This document shows, piece after piece, positions 7,626-14,553 of a DNA stretch of 52,222 bases. Each line of letters opens with the position of its first letter. The first letter of the stretch is position 1. The translations under genes were made by a program, and so were the position numbers. The notes under the pieces were generated by a model, which saw only the letters and a list, made by a program, of their open reading frames with translations, ran no database searches and was not told the origin of the DNA. The stretch comes from Chthonomonadaceae bacterium (GTDB lineage: Bacteria > Armatimonadota > Chthonomonadetes > Chthonomonadales > Chthonomonadaceae): the NCBI GenBank assembly GCA_035650735.1, contig DASRGZ010000081.1:1-52222 (forward strand), written 5' to 3'.

Positions 7626-9422
7626 CTAGCGAAGCGCATTCTTGAGAATAACGCCGTCGCAGGCACTCGGCAGCTCCACTCCCAGCAGGGCGGAGAGCGT
7701 CGGGGCGATGTCAGCGGGCGAGACTGGGTCCGTCCAGACGCCCGCGCGGATGCCCGGCCCCGCAATCAGGATCGGAACGTGCAGGTCGTAGGCGTAGGGC
7801 ATACCGTGCGTGGTGTAGTAGGGGCCGAGCTCGTTGACGATGTGCATCTGCTCGTTGACCACCACCACATCCCCGGAGATTTTCGGGTAGTAGCCGTTGA
7901 CGATCCGCTTTGCTATCTCCGTCGCGGGCAGTTGGCCGTCCATGATCTGCGAGCGCGTGTAGCAGGCGTAGATGCCCGGCAGCGCGGCGACGGCGCGGGC
8001 CGCGACCTCCTCGATCTGGGCGCGAGAGGCCGTCTTGCCGCTGGATAGCGCCTGGCTGATCGCCGCCTCATTCAGGTAGATGTACGGCTCCACATAGCCG
8101 CCGACCACCTTGCCCTCTGCATCCTTGCCGACCCAGGTCCCCCCTCCAAACGCCTCCGCCAGCGCCTTCTGCGCCGCGTTATTAATATCCTCGTCCAGAA
8201 TGCGGCCCGCGTTGATGTCGCGGGCTTGCAGGTTCTCCGGGATGGGCACGACGCCGTGATCCGCAGTCACGACAAAGACGACCTCGCGCAGCCCGCCGGG
8301 CACCGTCGTATTCAGAAAGTTGAGGAAGTCGGCGATCATGCGATCCGTCTGGACGGTAATATCCAGGGCCTCCGGGCTCAGCGGGCCGAACGCATGACCG
8401 ATGTAGTCGTTGGTGGCCAGGTTGATGGCGAGCAGGTCCGGCGTATTGCCATGCTGCCCCAGCTTCTCCGCCGTGACCGCGCGCTTGGCCGTCTCAAAGA
8501 CGTAGGCGTTGGCGGCGGGCGTCAGAGTAAACGCCCGATAGTTGGCGCGCGTCTTCTCCGGGCCGATATGGTGCGGGAAGCTCACTCCCAGGCCGTAGGG
8601 GTTGCGCTCCGGGGGCAGATCGGGGGGAACGGCCCGCGCCAGGGCCTCCGGCGGCACGGAGAGCGCCCAGGTCGTGCCGAGCGCCTTATCGGGCAAACCT
8701 TCGGCGTTCACCTCCTCGACCCAGGACGGCAGCCGGCCATCCCGGCAATAGGCGGTGCTGCTGATCCAGCGGCCCGTGCTGTCGTCGAACCAGATGCTGA
8801 CATCCTGCGTGTGCCCGCCCAGCAGGATGGCGGCGCGATCCTTGAGCGAGAGGGTCACCACCTTCGCCGCGCCGTTGGTCGCCAGCTTGAGCTCATCGCC
8901 GACCGTCGTGGTGCGTAGGTTGAGCGGGCCCATCGGCGTAGCCTTGCTGTCCGGCCCTGCGCCGACCACCTTCTGCCGGGGATCGTCCACGCAGTAGACC
9001 ACCGCATTGGTTGCTTTGTCCCACCAGGAGTTGCTGATGATGCCGGTCTTGTAGGGGTAGCCGCCGGTGAGGATGATGGAGTGGCCGGGGCCGGTGAACA
9101 GGGGAAAGTGCCCGTAGCGCGCATCCACGTAGTAGGAGCCCGCCGTCATCAGGTAGCGGAACCCGCCGACTTTGCCGTTGCCCTGCGTGGCCGGCAGGAA
9201 CAGGTCGGTCAGACGGCGCAGGTAGTCGGCGCGAAACTGGTCAATGGAGATCACTACCGTCAGATGGGGGTGCTTGAACTGGCGGACGCTGGCGGCGAAC
9301 TCGCCGTTGCCGTTGCTCTCGGCGCGCTGGGCTGGCACGGGCGCTGCCGCCAGGCTTAGCCCTATCGCCAGCCACAGCAAGAGCAGCCAGCAGCGCGTCA
9401 ACGCACGGGGACGCAAAATCAT
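7626..9422 (-). CDS. Alkaline phosphatase superfamily protein (PafA / nucleotide pyrophosphatase-like), secreted
   Basis: ISIDQFRADY, Thr nucleophile motif FTGPGH, SLKDRAA, DYIGHAFGP, TADHG, THG.PY.YD. Signal peptide. ATG 9422 after GAGGAGGT. Confidence 0.92.
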   Translation of the reverse strand: MILRPRALTRCWLLLLWLAIGLSLAAAPVPAQRAESNGNGEFAASVRQFKHPHLTVVISIDQFRADYLRRLTDLFLPATQGNGKVGGFRYLMTAGSYYVDARYGHFPLFTGPGHSIILTGGYPYKTGIISNSWWDKATNAVVYCVDDPRQKVVGAGPDSKATPMGPLNLRTTTVGDELKLATNGAAKVVTLSLKDRAAILLGGHTQDVSIWFDDSTGRWISSTAYCRDGRLPSWVEEVNAEGLPDKALGTTWALSVPPEALARAVPPDLPPERNPYGLGVSFPHHIGPEKTRANYRAFTLTPAANAYVFETAKRAVTAEKLGQHGNTPDLLAINLATNDYIGHAFGPLSPEALDITVQTDRMIADFLNFLNTTVPGGLREVVFVVTADHGVVPIPENLQARDINAGRILDEDINNAAQKALAEAFGGGTWVGKDAEGKVVGGYVEPYIYLNEAAISQALSSGKTASRAQIEEVAARAVAALPGIYACYTRSQIMDGQLPATEIAKRIVNGYYPKISGDVVVVNEQMHIVNELGPYYTTHGMPYAYDLHVPILIAGPGIRAGVWTDPVSPADIAPTLSALLGVELPSACDGVILKNALR

Positions 9423-9436
9423 GGAGTACCTCCTCA

Positions 9437-10318
9437 TCAGTTCTGTCGGACGTGGCGCATCCAGGCGTGGTTAATAGCAGAGCGAACCCAGGCGGCATCG
9501 GGGGCTTCGGGCGCTCGCTCCAGGTAGCGCGTCAGCCATTCCACGCCGCGCGATAGGGCGTTCTCCTGTAGAAAGAGCAGGCCCCGGTCGCGCACGTCGG
9601 CATGGGAATCCGGGGCGACGATCAGCATCTGCTCCACCACGCGCCCGGCGCGGCCCGGCTCCTCGCGGCGCAGGTAGATCTGCTTGAGGTTGTTGAGCAG
9701 GCGGTAGAGGATCCGGCGCTTGGGCGTGGCGTTGAGGCAGGCCGGGTCGAAGACGATGGGCTGTCCGGCGATCTGTTCGATGCGCGCGCGGCAGTCCTCC
9801 GGGGTCAGCATCTCGCCGCCGTAGAAGGGGTCAATGAAAATCTCCTGCCCCGGCGCTATATACTTAACGATAAAGTGCAGCGGCATACCGACGCCGTAGA
9901 GGGGCAGTCGCAGACGGTGCGCGAGGGCCAGGTAAAGAACGCTGAGCGTGATGGGCAGGCCGGTTCGCCTGTCCAGCACCTCATTGAGAAAGCTGTTGGC
10001 GGGGTTGTAATAGTCCTCGCGGTTGCCGTGAAAGCCCAACTCGTCGAACAGAAAGGCGTTGAGCGCGCTCACGACACGCAGGGGGCGGCGCGTGCGCCCA
10101 ATGCGCTGCCGAGCCTCCTTCGCCAGAGCATCCAGCCGTGCCAGATACCCCGCCATATCAAAGTCTACATAGTGGGCGGCGGCGATGGCGAGCGCGGCGC
10201 GTCCGAGATCGAGGGCGGCCTCGTCGCACCCAACGGCCTGCGTCAGCATTGCCAGCGGGTCGGAGGAGGACGAATTCGGGGACGGCTCCGGAGAGGGAAA
10301 AGAACGTCGGGCATTCAC
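9437..10318 (-). CDS. SirB1 / transglutaminase-like (Transglut_core2) protein with C-terminal TPR
   Basis: GFHGN.EDYY.P.NSFL..VLDRRTGLPITLS, IDPF.GG, RLLNNLK, RDRGL. Confidence 0.9.
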   Translation of the reverse strand: MNARRSFPSPEPSPNSSSSDPLAMLTQAVGCDEAALDLGRAALAIAAAHYVDFDMAGYLARLDALAKEARQRIGRTRRPLRVVSALNAFLFDELGFHGNREDYYNPANSFLNEVLDRRTGLPITLSVLYLALAHRLRLPLYGVGMPLHFIVKYIAPGQEIFIDPFYGGEMLTPEDCRARIEQIAGQPIVFDPACLNATPKRRILYRLLNNLKQIYLRREEPGRAGRVVEQMLIVAPDSHADVRDRGLLFLQENALSRGVEWLTRYLERAPEAPDAAWVRSAINHAWMRHVRQN

Positions 10319-10324
10319 GCTCCC

Positions 10325-10353
10325 ATTATGACAAGCTGGAGCCCGACTGTCAA
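10325..10353 (-). promoter_or_regulatory. Sigma70-type promoter, probably yielding a leaderless mRNA
   Basis: Minus strand TTGACA, 17-nt spacer, CATAAT. Predicted +1 falls on the GTG at 10318. Confidence 0.65.
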
Positions 10354-10418
10354 GCGTAAATTCAACGCTTTACGCCAGTCGTGTTATAATAGATCAACCG
10401 TAATCGGAGGAATACAGC

Positions 10419-10709
10419 ATGGCACCGCCACAAGTGATCGAAGGCACAGGCGAGGAGTTGCAGCGTCATCTTGCACAGTTTCCTAACGAGCGCTTCTTGC
10501 TTGTTCCCCTTTCCTCTTCTGGCGTAGATACGGCCCAGGAAAAGACGCAGGAGGCAGAGCTATCGCCGGTCGCGGAGGGAGAGATCCTGGCAGATTTCTT
10601 GGGTGACTTCATCGGCTGCATTCAAGGAAGCGGTGCGAACAATTCCGAGAACACCGGGCAGAAGTTTACGGAGTATCTTGTGAAGAAGCACAAAGAGGGC
10701 CACCTGTGA
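10419..10709 (+). CDS. Putative antitoxin (small acidic protein upstream of a PIN gene)
   Basis: 96 aa, RBS GGAGG, extended -10 TGTTATAAT at 10382-10390. Stop overlaps the GTG of a PIN fragment. Confidence 0.7.
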   Translation: MAPPQVIEGTGEELQRHLAQFPNERFLLVPLSSSGVDTAQEKTQEAELSPVAEGEILADFLGDFIGCIQGSGANNSENTGQKFTEYLVKKHKEGHL

Positions 10710-10834
10710 CACTTACGGATACCGGCCCGCTCGTGGCGATGCTGGATAAGAACGACCCGAATCACGCGCGCTGTTTTGCTGCTGCACAGAAACTTCCAAA
10801 AGGCCGCGTAGGCTATTCGGCGAACAGGGAATAG
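10706..10834 (+). pseudogene. Truncated PIN/VapC toxin
   Basis: Translates MTLTDTGPLVAMLDKNDPNHARCFAAAQKLPKGRVGYSANRE*: a typical PIN N-terminus (DTGPLVA..D..D..H), but only 42 aa. Confidence 0.8.
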
Positions 10835-11088
10835 AGACGGTATTCCAGGCGGGGCAGGAAGGGAATACGAGCAAATTCTGACAGGGAAGGCGCATCCCAA
10901 CCTGCGGCGGTGCGGCGGTGCAGTTGCCGATGGGCATAGCGTACCCGGCGCTGAGCCTCCAGGCAGACAGCAAGCTGGCGTGCCGTGTATAAGCCCCGTG
11001 CAGGCGCGCAGGTTCGTAGCGCGCGGCGCTCCCAGGCTTCTAGCCCCACCTCGCAGGGATGTATCCGTTTGTTCCTCTCTTTCCTCAT
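10813..11088 (-). CDS. Possible small hypothetical protein (91 aa) downstream of the regulator
   Basis: ATG at 11088 preceded by GAGGT. No recognisable family. Confidence 0.3.
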   Translation of the reverse strand: MRKERNKRIHPCEVGLEAWERRALRTCAPARGLYTARQLAVCLEAQRRVRYAHRQLHRRTAAGWDAPSLSEFARIPFLPRLEYRLYSLFAE

Positions 11089-11164
11089 AGGAACCTCACT
11101 CCAAAACGCCCGACTTGATTTGTGCTCCTCTGTGACCTCTATAGAGTCTGCGTTCAGGGAAGCC

Positions 11165-11563
11165 TCAAGGCTGTGGCTCAGAGGATGCCCCGCCAGCCTC
11201 CTCTTCGGCGCTTTCGGCGGCGCGGATGATCTGCTCCAACGCCAGCAGGTAGCGGTGAAACGCGGCCCGTCCGGCCTCCGTGGGTGTATAGGTTGTACGG
11301 GGCTTGCGGCGCACGAACTCCTTATGCGCCTCCACATAGCCCCGCTCTTCCAGCAGCGTCAGGTGCGTGCTCAGGTTGCCGTCCGAGAGCGCCAGAGTCT
11401 CCTTGAGCAGCTTAAAATCGGCTTCGCCCAGAGCGAGCAGCGTGGACATGATCCCCAGGCGCACTTTCTGATGGATAGTCTCATCCAGAGTGCCCAGCGC
11501 CTCCAGTGCGGCGACCGCTTGGGGCGCTCTGGGATGGGAAGCAAGTATATCTATCATCGTCAT
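11165..11563 (-). CDS. Winged-helix transcriptional regulator (MarR-like HTH_34 type)
   Basis: IH.KVRLGIMS.L, ADF..LK..L.LSDGNLS.HL..LEE.GYV..K.F..RKPRT.Y..T..GR.AF..YL. Confidence 0.9.
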   Translation of the reverse strand: MTMIDILASHPRAPQAVAALEALGTLDETIHQKVRLGIMSTLLALGEADFKLLKETLALSDGNLSTHLTLLEERGYVEAHKEFVRRKPRTTYTPTEAGRAAFHRYLLALEQIIRAAESAEEEAGGASSEPQP

Positions 11564-11630
11564 ACGTCCTCATTGAGAGAAGCAGGAGAAGTAACCTCCT
11601 CCACCTTTTTGTTCCTCTCTCCTGCTTTTC

Positions 11631-12251
11631 CTACCAGCCATCTTTCCCGGAAATCCCCAGGCCGTAGAGAATATGGAACCCGCCAAAACTAACGGCCATC
11701 ATGATCAGGCCCCATTGCGGCGGCAGCAGCAGCGTCATCGCTCCTGCCCAGAGAAAGGCCGCGCCCAGGTAGGAGACTTCGCGCTGGGAGAACTGGCCGA
11801 CGGCGCAGACTGCGATGCCGTAGCATAACATCCAGACCGAATAGATATATCCAAGCAGGTGATGCTGAAGGAAAAACAGCGTCAGCAGCACGCCGGTTCC
11901 AAGCCCCGGCGCCGAGCCCAGGAGCATCTGCCGGCCCAGGCGCGAGACAATGCGCTTGCCGACCTGCGCCGCGCGCCGCTTGGTCAGCAGGTAGTCGGCC
12001 CCGAGGGCAAAGGCGATCACCAGCGACCAGATCGTCAGAAACGCGGCCTGGAAGTCAGTCGGGGGTGGCGCTGCCAACTCCAGGCGGCGCGTCAGCAGAC
12101 AGCCGACGATAGAAGCGATCCCGGCCAGCACGCCGGAGAGGCCGGAGAACGTCGAATACTTGGTCGAGCGCTCCATCAGGTCACGGATGACGCGCAGATT
12201 CTCTTCCGCTTCGCGCGCCTCGCGCCGGCGGTCTTCCTGCAACATAGCCAT
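11631..12251 (-). CDS. Multi-pass membrane protein co-transcribed with the regulator
   Basis: E.L..IR.LMERS..Y...SGLSG start, about 6 hydrophobic segments, FGGFHI.YG end. Confidence 0.85.
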   Translation of the reverse strand: MAMLQEDRRREAREAEENLRVIRDLMERSTKYSTFSGLSGVLAGIASIVGCLLTRRLELAAPPPTDFQAAFLTIWSLVIAFALGADYLLTKRRAAQVGKRIVSRLGRQMLLGSAPGLGTGVLLTLFFLQHHLLGYIYSVWMLCYGIAVCAVGQFSQREVSYLGAAFLWAGAMTLLLPPQWGLIMMAVSFGGFHILYGLGISGKDGW

Positions 12252-12283
12252 AGATTGTCTCCAGGGAAAGGATGAAGCCTGCC

Positions 12284-12343
12284 GCTTTGTATTGCAAAGT
12301 GCTTTGCACCTTTAGTATAAAGCCCTTTGCGATACCCTGTCAA
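12284..12343 (-). promoter_or_regulatory. Promoter plus palindromic operator for the membrane protein/regulator operon
   Basis: Minus strand TTGACA (12343-12338), 18-nt spacer, TATACT (12319-12314). Palindrome CTTTG-N5-CAAAG at 12285-12299 lies just downstream of +1. Confidence 0.7.
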
Positions 12344-12642
12344 GTGGTTGGCCAATGCAAATGGAGAGGAAAAGAGTCGCATAGTTCGAAAGTTAGCCCA
12401 CGCCGTAGTCAGCCAATGCAAATGAGGTAGAAAAGGAAAGAATGGGAGAATGGGCCGCTCAATAGCGCCGAAGGCTGCATCCTTCAACGGGAGCAGCCTT
12501 CGGGAGGTGGGTTCGGCTCGTTGGGAGCCTCCGATTGAGATTGGTCGCTATGCATTGGGCTGGTTGTCAGATCTCCAATACAGACGGAGAGAGCAAATTA
12601 CCAGGCGCAAAGGAGGCGCCGGGCATGAGTGAGTCAGGACGA

Positions 12643-12822
12643 TCACGCTTTCCAACTGCCGCGTATCGTCCATTGCCGCCGACGACGGAAAGAGTGCCGG
12701 AAAGCCTGCCAGGAAAGGCTGGCCTCATGGCATACACGTAACACCGGCGGACTGATGACGCTCCAGAGGATGGGCAGCGCACTGCACGCCACCATCCAGG
12801 CGATACTGGGCTTGCGTTCCAT
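12643..12822 (-). CDS. Small hypothetical protein (59 aa), not in ORF track
   Basis: MERKPSIAWMVACSALPILWSVISPPVLRVCHEASLSWQAFRHSFRRRRQWTIRGSWKA. RBS AGGAG overlaps the upstream stop codon. Confidence 0.45.
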   Translation of the reverse strand: MERKPSIAWMVACSALPILWSVISPPVLRVCHEASLSWQAFRHSFRRRRQWTIRGSWKA

Positions 12823-12832
12823 ACCAGCGCTC

Positions 12833-12952
12833 CTAGAAACCGCGCGGGCCGATGCTCAGCATCACGCCCAGCAAAATAGAGCCACCAACAATGATGACGC
12901 CGATGAGCAGCACAATCGCCTCTACCGGGTCGAAGCCTTTCTTATCTTCCAT
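12833..12952 (-). CDS. Small single-pass membrane protein (39 aa), not in ORF track
   Basis: MEDKKGFDPVEAIVLLIGVIIVGGSILLGVMLSIGPRGF, with strong RBS GAGGAGGT 7 nt upstream. Confidence 0.7.
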   Translation of the reverse strand: MEDKKGFDPVEAIVLLIGVIIVGGSILLGVMLSIGPRGF

Positions 12953-13435
12953 CGAGTTCACCTCCTCGGAGTTTTGCTATGGGAACAAAAGTCAGGCGAG
13001 AGCGCGGTTAGAGTCAAGCCCATATCGGATCGCCTGCCAGCAATGGCAGGCAAAAATTGTAGGATTAATCCGTAATTATCTGGTCTGTAACCTTCCGTGC
13101 GAGCGAACGATGCAGGAAATTCCTGCGGTAGGAGATGGGCGCCTCTCTTGAGGCTCCAATCGCCCGTATTGTCGTCTAGGATAGTACTTAGTATAGGACA
13201 ACAATTGGTTCCTGTCAATACGTCCGTTGAATTTGCACCGACTTGCCTTCAAGGGCTATAGTGGCAAATCGCTAACCTGAGCCTCTCCTGAGCCCAAAGC
13301 GAAATCCCGGCATTTGCCTGTGTGAGAAAGTTAACAGGGGAGATGTGGAAAAGTTCCTATCCCTTGCATAAAGCTTCTGTTATTATACCCGCGTTACGAG
13401 GAATCGTTTGGTTGCTTCAAGAAGGAGGCAGTACC

Positions 13436-14191
13436 ATGCTGACGCGCCAGCAGCTCAAAGAGAGACGCCAACAGGGGCAAGTGCTCAAGCAGGCCGGTTT
13501 CTCCCGGCATTGGGCCGTTCGCTATATCCCCTGGCTACTCATTTCAATCACCGTAGTGGCCGCTATAGTGGTCGGCATCCTGATGCAGAGTCAGACAGGC
13601 CGGGATGGCGTGCAGGCTGCCGCAGGATTGGTCGCTTTTGGCGCCGTCATTGCCGGTTACTGGCAGTGGATGCAGGCACGCCATGAGATCGCCTTCGACA
13701 AATTTTACGAGCGGTTGAACCTGGCCAACCAGAGACTGGACACCTGGCCTGCCGCCCGCGGCCTGATCAATCCTCTGTGGTCCGGAGACGCAGGCAGGGA
13801 TCAATTCCACCGTGAAATGTATGTCTTTACCGAGCTGGATAACCTGGAGTATGCCATCGAGAAGTACAAACTGGGCTACATGAGCACCACCAACGCTTAC
13901 CGGGCTTTGGAAACCTTCATGGCGCGCTGCCGGCCCTCCCGCGATTTCTGCGAAGCGGCTTTGCGACTCGTTCGCGGGAACAACGGCTATACGGAGACAA
14001 CGATCAAGGTCGTCGAGGCCGTCGTAGAGCAGGCGCTTCAAGATTTACACGAGCCGAACGTTGGGGAAGGCGGAGGGTTACCCTGCGAGGCCGTCGTAGG
14101 GAAGGCGCCTCAAGACGTAAACGGCCAGCCGGCAGCGGCCCAGGAACCAGACCCGAATCTGGAGGCGAACCGCCATCAGCCGGCAGCTTAA
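13436..14191 (+). CDS. Hypothetical protein with two N-terminal TM helices
   Basis: ATG after AAGGAGG. Two hydrophobic segments followed by a helical soluble domain. Confidence 0.7.
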   Translation: MLTRQQLKERRQQGQVLKQAGFSRHWAVRYIPWLLISITVVAAIVVGILMQSQTGRDGVQAAAGLVAFGAVIAGYWQWMQARHEIAFDKFYERLNLANQRLDTWPAARGLINPLWSGDAGRDQFHREMYVFTELDNLEYAIEKYKLGYMSTTNAYRALETFMARCRPSRDFCEAALRLVRGNNGYTETTIKVVEAVVEQALQDLHEPNVGEGGGLPCEAVVGKAPQDVNGQPAAAQEPDPNLEANRHQPAA

Positions 14192-14317
14192 CAGCCTGAG
14201 ATCCCGTACAAAAACACCCTCTCGCGCTGTGCCGGGCACGGAAAGTACCCGGCTAGAGGGCGGCTCTGCCGCCAACCGTCCTGCCGGACGGAACAACCCG
14301 GCTTGGCTTTGCGTCCG

Positions 14318-14514
14318 CCAGGACGCCTGGCCGTAGGCCCTCCAGACGGGGGTTTTCACCCCCCGACGTGCCGGGGCGGCTATGCCTGCGGACGGAACCA
14401 CCTGCCTATCGGGAGGTTGCTCTCTGCGTAGAGCAGGAAGAACCTGCCGCAATGGGGCGTCCAAAGGACGCTTGGCCGCTGGCCCCCAAGACGGGGGTTT
14501 TTCACCCCCGGCGC
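14318..14514. repeat. Imperfect ~50-bp direct repeat, each copy ending in a GGGGG/CCCCC hairpin
   Basis: AGGACGC[C/T]TGGCCG..GGCCC..AGACGGGGGTTTT(T)CACCCCC at ~14320-14365 and ~14464-14508, between convergent genes. Confidence 0.65.
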
Positions 14515-14553
14515 CGCTACCGGGCGGAAAGCGGTAAACACGCCTGGGCGCGC

